This document shows, piece after piece, positions 38,999-48,354 of a DNA stretch of 64,000 nucleotides (within the stretch, counting starts at the first letter, position 1; every line of letters begins with the position of its first letter). The DNA lies in contig SCTS01000002.1 in assembly GCA_004322365.1 (NCBI GenBank), positions 12,993-76,992 of the forward strand, read 5' to 3'. A program made the translations under genes and the position numbers. Source of the stretch: Patescibacteria group bacterium. Its GTDB lineage: Bacteria; Patescibacteriota; Minisyncoccia; Phycocordibacterales; Phycocordibacteraceae. Below the pieces are notes generated by a model, which was not told the origin of the DNA, did not search any database, and was given only the letters and a program-made list of their open reading frames with translations.

Positions 38999-40498
38999 CT
39001 ACACAGGCAGACCCACACCAGAAATAGGCTCCACATGAAGCATCTGTCGAAGATCATCTTCGGGAATCTCTGAAGCCTGCTTTTCTTCCTTCTTAGGAGA
39101 GGCATCTTCTTTTTTAGTCGCACCATCCGTCTTCGCATCAGGAGTTTTTGGTTTTGGTTTTTCACTAGCATCCGCCTTCTTACCTCCTGCTGGTTCTCCT
39201 GGTGTTGGCGTAGCTGTACGCTTGTTAAAGATAGATCGGAATGTATCTGAAAATGACCCTGGCTCACCCCCCTTTCCTTTATCTTTTGGATCTTCTTCCT
39301 TAGGAGCTTTGAAAAGCGCATCAACTTTTACTCGCTGAGTTGTGTATTTTTCTCGAGAAAAGGTCTGCAAATCTTGGTATGACTCCCCCGTTCTCTCGGG
39401 GCGTGGAAGTGCCATGGCAAAAAACGGACGCGCGCGTACTGAATCAATAGTGAGTGCAACGCACATTTCACCTTCCTTCAATTTTGATAAATCCTCTGGC
39501 GAAACATACGGATAAAAAATCTTTTCAGCGAGTGAGAAATCTGCAGGATGCGGTGCAAAGGCAAGAACCGATCCACATCGTCGAAATGCTTTTTCATATA
39601 ACTCTTCATCTTCTTCATTCTGTGGAGTACTTGCAAATGCGCATGCAACTTTCCGCTCTGGCAGTATGAGCTCAATATCTTTTTCAGAAAGGTATTTCAA
39701 ACAGTCATATAAATAGAGTGCGGTGTTTTCACCAAGTACCCCCCGAGCACGAGCTGCGTGTGTAAAGATGCGCACCAAGGGCGTTATGCGTGTTGGAAAC
39801 ATTCGAATACGCGACACATCAACAACAATCACAGCCCCAGCGTTATTTTGTGCGAGTGAAAATTTTGATTCTGTCTGCCCAAGAACATTGCGCACCAGAG
39901 TATCTTTCGCAATGTAACGGCCATGCTCAATAATTAACGCAGCATCATCTTCGTTCGATTTCATAATCTCTTCAAAACGAATACTCTCTGGAGTTTGAGC
40001 ACCAAACATTTTGTCGCGCGCCTTTGGATCAGCAACTGCGTTATATAAACAAAGTGCACTTACATCTTGGCGAGCAAGAGAAAATTCAGCGATGTATTCG
40101 GTAAGGGCGCTTGGAGCAATGCGATACATGCTCGCAAGTGCTTCAGAAAAAACGCCAACGGCTTTTTCACCGAGCGGACGAAATTCATTAATAGGATTCC
40201 ACGAAAAAGGATGTTCTCCGTCAGAAGGGTCAAGAAACACAAGTCGCTCGCGAGCACTCTCGCTTAAACGCTCTAAAAGCATCGGCACCAAATTTCCTGA
40301 TGCATCCAAAATAACCACACTCATCCCTCGCTCAATATCTTGCAGAGCCATACCTGCAAAAAGAGTTGCACGGCCACTGCCAGCCTTCCCCATCACAGAA
40401 AAATGTTCCAAGCGGTCAGCGTCTTTAATACCAAACGGCACCACACCATCACGAAAAGCTGTTTTCCCGATGTAGGTCACTTTGCCACCCCAATCCAT
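38999..40498 (-). CDS. VirD4/TraG-like (type IV coupling protein-like) P-loop protein, degenerate
   Basis: FGIK..DR..H..V.GKAGSGRAT, QDIERG, 'EDL..L...EMCV.L.ID....PF'; Lys/Glu-rich tail. Confidence 0.7.
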   Translation of the reverse strand: MDWGGKVTYIGKTAFRDGVVPFGIKDADRLEHFSVMGKAGSGRATLFAGMALQDIERGMSVVILDASGNLVPMLLERLSESARERLVFLDPSDGEHPFSWNPINEFRPLGEKAVGVFSEALASMYRIAPSALTEYIAEFSLARQDVSALCLYNAVADPKARDKMFGAQTPESIRFEEIMKSNEDDAALIIEHGRYIAKDTLVRNVLGQTESKFSLAQNNAGAVIVVDVSRIRMFPTRITPLVRIFTHAARARGVLGENTALYLYDCLKYLSEKDIELILPERKVACAFASTPQNEEDEELYEKAFRRCGSVLAFAPHPADFSLAEKIFYPYVSPEDLSKLKEGEMCVALTIDSVRARPFFAMALPRPERTGESYQDLQTFSREKYTTQRVKVDALFKAPKEEDPKDKGKGGEPGSFSDTFRSIFNKRTATPTPGEPAGGKKADASEKPKPKTPDAKTDGATKKEDASPKKEEKQASEIPEDDLRQMLHVEPISGVGLPV

Positions 40499-40626
40499 TG
40501 CGCCAGTGTACCTCGTTAGATAATTAATATTCAATATTGACTATTGCCTCTTTGGGTAGTAACAGGCCTAGCGAGTGAGCTTTTCAGCTCAACCTTATAG
40601 ATCCACCTCTTTTACAGAAAAACTAC

Positions 40627-40668
40627 CGATATAGTTTAATCTAACGATCGTTAGATTAAACTATATCG
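40627..40668. repeat. Perfect 42-bp palindrome, copy 1
   Basis: cgatatagtttaatctaacgatcgttagattaaactatatcg equals its own reverse complement. Confidence 0.95.
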
Positions 40669-40701
40669 TCTTTCTCTCTATCTCCGTGCGGTTTTTGAAG
40701 A

Positions 40702-41283
40702 TTATTTAGCTGGAGACAAACCAAAGCGTCGGCGAAGAGCTCCATCATTCTCTATGGTGTCAGCAATGATGTAGAGAACCTCCTGCCCCATCTTAAGGTC
40801 AGCCTTGATGAGTATAATCAAGTCCTCACAGTCATACGGATACGCCCACACACTATTCTGCAAACGAACAAACCCAAGATTGATCAGCGCCATTCGCATC
40901 TTGTCGCGCAAACCTCGTCGTTTCTCCTCAATATCAAAAACAAGTACACGCCACTTACCATCCCACTGCTTTGGTTTTTTAGGAGTCACTGAACCCTCAT
41001 GCACCAGCATCGCAAATCGCTCCCCTTTCGGAGTCAAAGACGCATACGAAGTGCCATTTCTTTTTTCAAGAACGATGTACCCTTCACGAATCATTCGTGA
41101 AAAAGATTCTTTCACCTGATAGCGCCGTTGGTTAAGAAACTTCATCTTTCCCAAAGCCCCAAGAACATTTGGTGCGACAGCGGCAACAGCAAGCGTGCCA
41201 GTAAGCGCTACTGCATTAATGATTGCATTGTTAATCTTTGTACGGCGAATCTTCCCTTTCAGCGCTTGTTCAATTTTTCCCAT
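40702..41283 (-). CDS. PaaX-like wHTH plus Cas2-like ferredoxin-domain protein
   Basis: wHTH 'R....GYI.......LTPKG' then WDGKWRVLVFDIEE..R..RD..R..L...GF..LQNSVW. Confidence 0.85.
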   Translation of the reverse strand: MGKIEQALKGKIRRTKINNAIINAVALTGTLAVAAVAPNVLGALGKMKFLNQRRYQVKESFSRMIREGYIVLEKRNGTSYASLTPKGERFAMLVHEGSVTPKKPKQWDGKWRVLVFDIEEKRRGLRDKMRMALINLGFVRLQNSVWAYPYDCEDLIILIKADLKMGQEVLYIIADTIENDGALRRRFGLSPAK

Positions 41284-41323
41284 ATGCGACAGAATTAATG
41301 TAGTAAAAATGGCTAAATAATAG

Positions 41324-41365
41324 CGATATAGTTTAATCTAACGATCGTTAAATTATACTATACAG
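41324..41365. repeat. 42-bp palindrome, copy 2 (TATAAT on minus strand)
   Basis: cgatatagtttaatctaacgatcgttaaattatactatacag, about 40 bp upstream of the PaaX-like start. Confidence 0.9.
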
Positions 41366-41411
41366 AGAGATACATGGCACGTACTGATGAAGTCAGCGCC
41401 TTTGCAAAAGG

Positions 41412-42080
41412 CTAGTTCTTTTTTCGAAGAGCGAGTGTTTTCCAAACAATGATCCCTAAACTAATGACCACAAAAACCCCTCCCATAATGTAGGCTCTGT
41501 ATTCAAAACTAATAGGAAGTCCAAAAAAGCTAAAGAGGTATCCTTCTAGAAATTCGTGCACAAGTGGTGGCATCAAAACAAACGCGAGCGAAAATGGAAC
41601 CCAAAAGTAGCTGAAGGAGAATAAGGCCTTCAATGTACTGTGAAAACTAGCGGTGTACTTATCTAAAAACACCGTCAGTAACTTCCCAACGATAATTCCT
41701 ACACTCACCATGACAAAAAGGCTACTCATTAAAAATACGGCATCTTTTTGAATGAAAGAGTAAATTGGCATCATTGCACCGCCTGGTTCTGATGCAACCA
41801 CAATAACCAGTATTGAAAGTGGAACCCACCACATCGTAAACTTAAGCCATGATTTAAAAATCGAAGAAGAAACAAAAATGAGAAAGAAGGCGGTGGGTAG
41901 AGTTACAATTGAAAAAAGGTAAACAGGTGTGAGCAAACCAAAAGATTGATGTACTAATGACCCATAACAAGCATCGAGAGAATCAACACACCAATGTGCA
42001 ACATAATCTAATGTTATCCAAAAAAATATCAAAAATAACGGCATTGCCTGTTTTATTTTCATAGATTTATAGATGATCAA
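41412..42080 (-). CDS. Multi-TM membrane protein with internal duplication
   Basis: Two copies of a 'F..(W/F)WVP.S...(L/V)FV..S.GIIV.K.L' module; start TTG 42080 or ATG 42062. Confidence 0.75.
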   Translation of the reverse strand: MIIYKSMKIKQAMPLFLIFFWITLDYVAHWCVDSLDACYGSLVHQSFGLLTPVYLFSIVTLPTAFFLIFVSSSIFKSWLKFTMWWVPLSILVIVVASEPGGAMMPIYSFIQKDAVFLMSSLFVMVSVGIIVGKLLTVFLDKYTASFHSTLKALFSFSYFWVPFSLAFVLMPPLVHEFLEGYLFSFFGLPISFEYRAYIMGGVFVVISLGIIVWKTLALRKKN

Positions 42081-45000
42081 AAAAGAAAATCCAAAAACTT
42101 AAATGAACTCCTAAAACCATTGTATACCTGCAAAATAAAGTCAGAGAATCCCCTCTGTTGAGAAACGGGGCGGAAAGGCGTGACTGTTTGTATAATTGTT
42201 TGAGTTTTTTGAACAGAATTTTTTTCTTGAACTCTGGCTACTTCCTGTACACTTTTTTTCGAGATAACTTGAATATTCTCTACAGGCGTATCTGTTGCGT
42301 GAGCTTGAGTAGATGTGAGGTTAACGAAAACGGCAATAGTACTTGTGCCAGCAACCATACCTACAGAAGCATTCCAAATTGGCCCTCCACCGCCAGCTTG
42401 AACCGGAGCTTGTGTCGAGGTCTCTGCGGGAACAATAGGTTCTTCATAGATTACAGTTTCTCCGACTAATGGTTGAAGTGTGATATCGACCACCTCATCA
42501 CCATCTTCATCAACTTCAAGTAATGAAGCAGTCTCGATACCATCGCCTATACTTAAAGTTACTTTGGTGTTTCCAGTCGTGGGTAGGTTTGCAAGAGTAG
42601 TTTGTTTCATCAGGTTATTTTCTTCCACCTCTTGAATATCAAGTGAAAAAGTTCCTACATCAAGCCCATTTAAAACAACTTGGTACTGAGGCCCTTGCTG
42701 AGCAGTGATGTATTGCACATCTCCAAGCTCTCCATACTCAACATCGGGAATTTCTTGGTCAAACGAGCCATCTTCATTGTACCCAACATGATTTCCAGAT
42801 GAGTCGAAGAGCTCAAGGGTGAGAGGAGAATGGAGGAAGAAGCGGAGCTTTTTTGCTTGTTTTAATGTAGAAGGTTGTTCTGTTTGAACATAACTAGTAA
42901 GTGTGTTTGTTGTATTAAAAATATTTTTAATAAACTGACGCAATTCAGGAACTTCTAGAATATTTCCATGGTCACTTGGATTGTCTTTATGGTCACTATT
43001 ATAGTCTTCTAAATTTACCCAATACCTCTTCACATTTTCAGTGCTCGTACTCATCATGAGAGCACTCGGAACGGGCACGACGCCGTCACCATCTTCAACA
43101 AAAAGTGGACGATACGCCCTTGGATTAAGAGCAGTGAAGGCACTCACCTGCGGTGCATCATAAAATTCAATACCTGCCACTGTGCCCACTCCCCACCCAG
43201 CGATTTGATACAAAGTAATATTTTCTGGTGGCACCCATACATCAAGATTGTCGTGAAGAGACTTGGCATAGTCAACAAGCGCTGAATTTAAAACATTTGC
43301 TTTGCCAATTTGGTTTGAAAGCGGTTTCTCTCTTCCGCCGTCTCGCGCGAGCAAAAAATCACCAAGCTCTGTACTGTTTCCAACTACTAACCCATACGCA
43401 ATTCGCTCTTTCTCAAACGCTTTTTCACCATCAAAAATAACTACAGGATGATTAATGTCTTTCGTGTCATCAAAATACTTTTGTGACGGAAGGAGGTGAT
43501 ATCCCATCGGAGAATTTTCTGCAAACTCACGTGCGGTTTTTTTATCAACAACTGAAACAGGGAAAAAAGAAATATCCTCTTTATAACCATAAAGAAGAGC
43601 GCCAATGCTTTGTGGTGCGCCACTTTGCGGAACGCCGACAAAAATAACTCTGTCGACAAGTTTTTGAGCCCCAGTGTCTCCGAGCTGTTGCAGTAATGCC
43701 TTAGTAACTAATCCACCATTTGAATGCGCAACAATAGTCACCTTCCCCGTTTGCGACTGCGATGCGAGCTCACGAAGTGTCTGCGTAATGTAGGGCGTTG
43801 CTGTAGCAGTGTCGTAAAAAATCTTTCCATCGACCTCGGCACCATTCGCCAAAATGTCATCGAGAGAAAGACGCCAGTCATACGCAACAGGTTGCCAGTC
43901 TGTTATGGCTCTGGCGCTCTTGAGTTCATCCATGTCAGAAATGAAAGATTTGTAGTAGTCCTTTCCGCCTGCGGAATCAAGAATACTTCCCTCTTTTACA
44001 TAGACATTCCCAGTGCTCTTGCCGTTTGAATCAAGAAACATTCCTCGCACATCAGCGTTCCCCTCAAGTAAATCAGGTTCCCATAACTTATTTTCCGCAC
44101 CACCACTCTCCACATAGAGTCGACTTCCTTTAATTCCTGGCAAAAACAGCACACTCGAGCAACACTTCTGAAACTCAGTGGGAGAAAACGGCGTGGTTTG
44201 AATAACAGAAGCATCTCCGTCAATCGTTCCGTAGAAAGAAACATAGGTTGAATCAGATATATCCCCCGCACACCCCGTGCAGGAAAGTGCAATATCGTTT
44301 TCGTCGTCCCACAGCACAAAGTGAGTCGACGAGGTCATGCGAAATGAGTAATAGCGAATGTACGGCGTGAAAGAAGAATCTGGTGAAAGCGATGAATAGC
44401 TGGGTACACTCGTGACACACGACTCATCGCCCACCAACACTGCCGTACGAAACACTCTCCCGTCGTTATACGGAGTCTTCAGTCGCAAGTGGACACGCAG
44501 CAAACCATCCACATACTCTGCACTTTCTGAGAAATCAAAATAATAACCACTCGCACTACCTGCATTACAGGGCGTAGGTTTTTCTATTGAATTTTGAAAC
44601 GTGGGAGGTGTTGCATCTTTTTCTATATGTAAAGTTTGTGAAGTAAAAACACTCCCGCCGTTATCTATGGTTCCCTCAAAAGAAATCCTTGTGTAAAGAG
44701 GCACTGCGGGTATATCAAAACTTGCCATCATTACCTCATTTTGATCATCCCATACATCAAAATGAGTGCCTGAGGTGAAGCGAATACTCCAGCTTACAAC
44801 CCCAGCCGGAAGAGCTACGGATACAAACGAATTTGCTGACGTGAGGGAATTACACTCGTCATCAATATACGACCAACGGATTTTAAAAGAACGACCGTCC
44901 GAATACTGCGGTAGATTATGGAAATTGTGAATTAAATACCCTGCATCTGAATACTGTATATTTTCATACGAATCAAAAAAGTATCCACTTGCGGAAAGAG

Positions 45001-45097
45001 CGGTTGCCCCACATGGAGCGGTATCAGCAAATACCTGTATAGGGAAAAAGACAGAAACGAAAAATAGAACGACAACTGTCGTCACTGTTCTCTTCAC
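42077..45097 (-). CDS. Secreted alpha/beta-hydrolase (LCAT/PGAP1-like lipase/acyltransferase), 1006 aa
   Basis: Signal peptide; FLPGIKGSRL, YDWRLS, IVAHSNGGL (nucleophile), GVPQSGAP, GDGVVP, DHGNI. Confidence 0.85.
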   Translation of the reverse strand: MKRTVTTVVVLFFVSVFFPIQVFADTAPCGATALSASGYFFDSYENIQYSDAGYLIHNFHNLPQYSDGRSFKIRWSYIDDECNSLTSANSFVSVALPAGVVSWSIRFTSGTHFDVWDDQNEVMMASFDIPAVPLYTRISFEGTIDNGGSVFTSQTLHIEKDATPPTFQNSIEKPTPCNAGSASGYYFDFSESAEYVDGLLRVHLRLKTPYNDGRVFRTAVLVGDESCVTSVPSYSSLSPDSSFTPYIRYYSFRMTSSTHFVLWDDENDIALSCTGCAGDISDSTYVSFYGTIDGDASVIQTTPFSPTEFQKCCSSVLFLPGIKGSRLYVESGGAENKLWEPDLLEGNADVRGMFLDSNGKSTGNVYVKEGSILDSAGGKDYYKSFISDMDELKSARAITDWQPVAYDWRLSLDDILANGAEVDGKIFYDTATATPYITQTLRELASQSQTGKVTIVAHSNGGLVTKALLQQLGDTGAQKLVDRVIFVGVPQSGAPQSIGALLYGYKEDISFFPVSVVDKKTAREFAENSPMGYHLLPSQKYFDDTKDINHPVVIFDGEKAFEKERIAYGLVVGNSTELGDFLLARDGGREKPLSNQIGKANVLNSALVDYAKSLHDNLDVWVPPENITLYQIAGWGVGTVAGIEFYDAPQVSAFTALNPRAYRPLFVEDGDGVVPVPSALMMSTSTENVKRYWVNLEDYNSDHKDNPSDHGNILEVPELRQFIKNIFNTTNTLTSYVQTEQPSTLKQAKKLRFFLHSPLTLELFDSSGNHVGYNEDGSFDQEIPDVEYGELGDVQYITAQQGPQYQVVLNGLDVGTFSLDIQEVEENNLMKQTTLANLPTTGNTKVTLSIGDGIETASLLEVDEDGDEVVDITLQPLVGETVIYEEPIVPAETSTQAPVQAGGGGPIWNASVGMVAGTSTIAVFVNLTSTQAHATDTPVENIQVISKKSVQEVARVQEKNSVQKTQTIIQTVTPFRPVSQQRGFSDFILQVYNGFRSSFKFLDFLF

Positions 45098-45161
45098 CTA
45101 TACATCTTTGCCCTTCTAAAAAAATGCGCTACCTCATTCACTGCAACTAAGGGGAAAACTT

Positions 45162-45203
45162 CGATATAGTTTAATCTAACGGTCGTTAAATTATACTATA
45201 TCG
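45162..45203. repeat. 42-bp palindrome, copy 3 (TATAAT on minus strand)
   Basis: cgatatagtttaatctaacggtcgttaaattatactatatcg, about 65 bp upstream of the lipase start. Confidence 0.9.
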
Positions 45204-45262
45204 TAGGAGGAGTGGAAAGAGCAAAAAAGGTCAGCCTCTGAATACCACATTCAGAGTAAGCA

Positions 45263-45326
45263 TACAAAGGTCGGACCTTTGTAAACTTAATACACCCCTA
45301 ATTCGTGCGAATTAGGGGTGTATTAA
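45263..45326. repeat. Two adjacent REP-like palindromes
   Basis: tacaaaggtc-g-gacctttgta (45263-45283) and a 19-bp-arm hairpin ttaatacacccctaattcg-tg-cgaattaggggtgtattaa (45287-45326). Confidence 0.85.
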
Positions 45327-45346
45327 AGTGCTATCAGCAAGAGGTA

Positions 45347-45868
45347 CTAAAGAGCACCAAAAACATTGTTTTTTATGAGGGTGTAGACAGCTTCTGGGTT
45401 TAAGTTAGTGGTATCTATCACTGTTGCTCCCGATCTTTCGTGACGAAATTTTTCTGCACTCTCCCATAACTCCTCCACTTTTTTTGGAGTAAGCAAACTG
45501 TCAGGGCTGTACCCCCTCTGCGCTGCACGCTCAATTACTTTCTCCTTCTCTGCGGTCAACACAAACTCATGAATCTCTGCACCATACTTTGCTCCGAGTA
45601 GCGTTATGGCATCAAGGATTTCTGGAGCATCCAAAAGTACTTTATCGACAATGACACTGTTGCCAGTTTTTAAATACGACTCAATGGCGTCCGTTGTGTA
45701 TTGGTATGCAAGCCTCAAACTCTCATCGGTATGCTCTTTATAGGCACTAATGAATCTGCGCCATACATCCACCTCAACCAAAAGCGATAGCGGAATTTCC
45801 TTATGCAATCGCTCTGCAACAGTAGACTTCCCTACCCCCGAAGGTCCATTTATAAGTATGAGTTTCAT
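45347..45868 (-). CDS. P-loop nucleotide kinase-like (AAA_33/AAA_18) protein
   Basis: LINGPSGVGKST, G.SVIVD, IDTT. Confidence 0.8.
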   Translation of the reverse strand: MKLILINGPSGVGKSTVAERLHKEIPLSLLVEVDVWRRFISAYKEHTDESLRLAYQYTTDAIESYLKTGNSVIVDKVLLDAPEILDAITLLGAKYGAEIHEFVLTAEKEKVIERAAQRGYSPDSLLTPKKVEELWESAEKFRHERSGATVIDTTNLNPEAVYTLIKNNVFGAL

Positions 45869-45904
45869 AGCTCTTTAAGATAGCCACTCTCAAGCATATC
45901 CTGC

Positions 45905-46363
45905 CTATTTTTTATTCTCAACCAGATCAATCGCCCGCTTGCCGTAAAACGCAACATTGCTTTGTAAATCACTCATTGCATCAATATCTTCTTTGGTACA
46001 CCACTTCCATGCATCGGAAATTTTCTCAGGAACGATTTCATCGGTGTTTGTAGTGGCGAAATAAATAAGCGAGATGTGTTCGTGTGTACCAGAAATACTG
46101 TGACGATTCATTGAAATAGGTGCAATGAGTTCTTTTATTTTTGCATCTCCTTGATATTCTCTAGTGTCAAAAAGCTCTACAGTGAGCCCCACTTCCTCTT
46201 GTACCTCCCGGAGTGCCGCTTGATTGGGATCTTCATTAAGTTCAATGTGCCCACCAACAGAAAGCCAAATGCCATATTTGTCATGCTTTCTTAAAAGCAC
46301 TTTGCCATTGAAGACTACAAATACCTCAACGGTAAAATCAATGTGCTCGTGTAGATGAGGCAT
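45905..46363 (-). CDS. NUDIX hydrolase
   Basis: GGHIELNEDPNQAALREVQEEVGL Nudix box. Confidence 0.92.
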   Translation of the reverse strand: MPHLHEHIDFTVEVFVVFNGKVLLRKHDKYGIWLSVGGHIELNEDPNQAALREVQEEVGLTVELFDTREYQGDAKIKELIAPISMNRHSISGTHEHISLIYFATTNTDEIVPEKISDAWKWCTKEDIDAMSDLQSNVAFYGKRAIDLVENKK

Positions 46364-46368
46364 GATTT

Positions 46369-47064
46369 TTATATTTCAACAGTAGCTGATATCGGCAGAT
46401 GATCAGAGCCTTTTGAATTCTCTACTTTTGAGGCAATTGTTTTTATGTCTGAGCTCAAAAAAATATAATCGAGCCTTGTATCAATTTTCTGCGGATTACA
46501 AACGGGACATCCTTCGGGATACACGCTCCATGTAGGAGTATGAGTAGTGTCTGTATCAGTAAGTACAGAGTGCATTTTTTGCACAGCAACGCTTTCAGGG
46601 GTTGCGTTAAAATCCCCCATCACCATTACTTTCTCTAGAGGAAGAACCTTTAGTAAGTTTTCTACTTGTAATTCTTGAATGCTAGAGACTTTTTGATGCG
46701 TATGAAGAAGGTGAACAGAAAACACATGCACTGTTTCTCCCTCAATAGTAATGTCAGCTTGCACGGCTACACGCTTATTTTCGTCAGAAAGCATATGAAC
46801 CGCACTACTTACGATTGGGTGTCTACTAAAAACAGCATTGCCCATTTCGTCAGTCCCATCACTTGAAAGGGTTGCGGCGCGCGCAGGCGCATATACATGT
46901 TCGTAGCCGAGTGATGTCAAAAATTCAATGATTGGAATGCTTTTACTGAATGGAAGCACTTCCTGCAGACCAATAATGTCCGCCTCTGAGGACCTCAAAA
47001 ACTCTGCAATTTCATCAAAGTGTCCTTCGTCCCAAATATTCCAAGAGAGCACTTTTAGTTGCAT
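46369..47064 (-). CDS. Endonuclease/exonuclease/phosphatase (EEP) family protein
   Basis: LSWNI, DIIGLQEV, GNAVFSR, MGDFN, LDYIF, SDHLP. Confidence 0.92.
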   Translation of the reverse strand: MQLKVLSWNIWDEGHFDEIAEFLRSSEADIIGLQEVLPFSKSIPIIEFLTSLGYEHVYAPARAATLSSDGTDEMGNAVFSRHPIVSSAVHMLSDENKRVAVQADITIEGETVHVFSVHLLHTHQKVSSIQELQVENLLKVLPLEKVMVMGDFNATPESVAVQKMHSVLTDTDTTHTPTWSVYPEGCPVCNPQKIDTRLDYIFLSSDIKTIASKVENSKGSDHLPISATVEI

Positions 47065-47095
47065 ACAGTAAGCATAGCAAACAGAGTATGGCGAA

Positions 47096-47626
47096 TTACA
47101 AAAGACGTCGTCGTGGATTAAATTCGCGTTCACGCTCACGAGGCATTTTTGCTTTTACTAATTCCCCAACCTCATTGAGTACAAAGATAGCATCGAAGCC
47201 ATCATCTATTTGTGGAGGAAATTTCTTGAGATGATCAACTCGACCATCAAATAGTTTTCGAGTTGTTTTTTCTTCAGCGCTCCGCGCCTGAACGCGCGCC
47301 CACGCATGTTCTTCTGGAGTATCAACAAATATTCCTTGTATTCTCTTCACACCGTTCGCTCGCGCGAATGCAATAAGCTCTCGTCGATATCCATTAAGAA
47401 AAGTGCCGTCAAGGACTACAGTCTTACCTGCGCGATAGAGCTCGAGCATGCGTGAACCAATATGTTCAAATACCGCCGGAGTAGATGACTCCGCACGACT
47501 AAGTCCGAACGCCTCTCGAACGGTGTCGAAACTTATATATTCATAGGCATACTTTTGAGCAAGCTTGGTGAGATTTGTCGATTTACCAGAGCCCGGAAGC
47601 CCCATCCCTACCATCAGTTTTGCCAT
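47096..47626 (-). CDS. AAA_33 family P-loop kinase
   Basis: GMGLPGSGKST, GKTVVLDGT...RR. Confidence 0.82.
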   Translation of the reverse strand: MAKLMVGMGLPGSGKSTNLTKLAQKYAYEYISFDTVREAFGLSRAESSTPAVFEHIGSRMLELYRAGKTVVLDGTFLNGYRRELIAFARANGVKRIQGIFVDTPEEHAWARVQARSAEEKTTRKLFDGRVDHLKKFPPQIDDGFDAIFVLNEVGELVKAKMPREREREFNPRRRLL

Positions 47627-47699
47627 ACGCCTACCCTAATGTACTTAGGGGAGAGAGGCAAGGAAACGTATGAGATTGAAAAAATCAGAACTATCGCTT

Positions 47700-47951
47700 T
47701 CAACGATGAATACAACCTGCCCAACAACAAGGCCTGCGCATCCCGCCTTTAAGTTTCGAAAGTGCCTTCTCAATACGGATATTCCTTGTTTCCGCTTTTT
47801 TCCCAGAGATGACCCAGCAGATCCATTCATTGCGTGCGAGCGGTGTAATATCCTCCCATACGGCAAGCGTCTTAGGTATTTTAAGTATCGCCGTTTCTAA
47901 ATCTTCCGGCATTTTGTGTACCACACCACCAGCAAGCGTTTGTTTGGTCAT
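47700..47951 (-). CDS. YdeI/OmdA-associated family protein
   Basis: HKMPEDL...W..ITPLARNEWICWV..GKK.ETR..R.....L..G.RRPCCWAGC. Confidence 0.85.
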   Translation of the reverse strand: MTKQTLAGGVVHKMPEDLETAILKIPKTLAVWEDITPLARNEWICWVISGKKAETRNIRIEKALSKLKGGMRRPCCWAGCIHR

Positions 47952-47980
47952 ACGGTCATGGTATCAAATCGTCTGTGGAG

Positions 47981-48018
47981 ATAATCACGTCAAACTTAAC
48001 AAAGTTTGACGTGATTAT
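47981..48018. repeat. 17-bp-arm palindrome
   Basis: ataatcacgtcaaactt-aaca-aagtttgacgtgattat; related hairpin at 48151-48174. Confidence 0.85.
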
Positions 48019-48197
48019 TATCTATTCTCGTCTTGGCGCCTTGTGGGGCGTCCGCGACGCGAATTTGCACCTAGGACTTCTTGGTGCCATATCTATGGCA
48101 CTCGCGAAGCGAATTTGAGCTTACAAGTCTTTCCGATGATGATATAACCTCGTCGAAATTTGCTAATTTCGACGTGATTTTTACGCTTAAAAATCAG

Positions 48198-48268
48198 CTG
48201 CGGGACCTGGACTCGAACCAAGATAGCCTCCTCCAGAGGGAGGTGTCCTACCATTAGACGATCCCGCA
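48198..48268 (-). tRNA. tRNA-Gln(CTG)
   Basis: tgcgggatcgtctaatggtaggacacctccct-CTG-gaggaggctatcttggttcgagtccaggtcccgcag folds into a cloverleaf. Confidence 0.93.
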
Positions 48269-48276
48269 ATTCTTAA

Positions 48277-48327
48277 CTAGCTTCTAGCTTTCAGCTTCTA
48301 GCTGTTAGCTGTTAGCTGTTAGCTTTT
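48277..48327. repeat. Heptamer tandem array (tagctgt/tagcttc)
   Basis: ctagcttctagctttcagcttctagctgttagctgttagctgttagctttt. Confidence 0.85.
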
Positions 48328-48354
48328 AGAGAATACTATGGAAACAAAGCAGAT

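Noticed and set aside
40627-45203. CRISPR-Cas interpretation of the Cas2-like gene and 42-bp repeats
   Set aside because: Repeats are 0.7 and 3.8 kb apart with whole genes between them; no spacer array, cas1 or effector genes.
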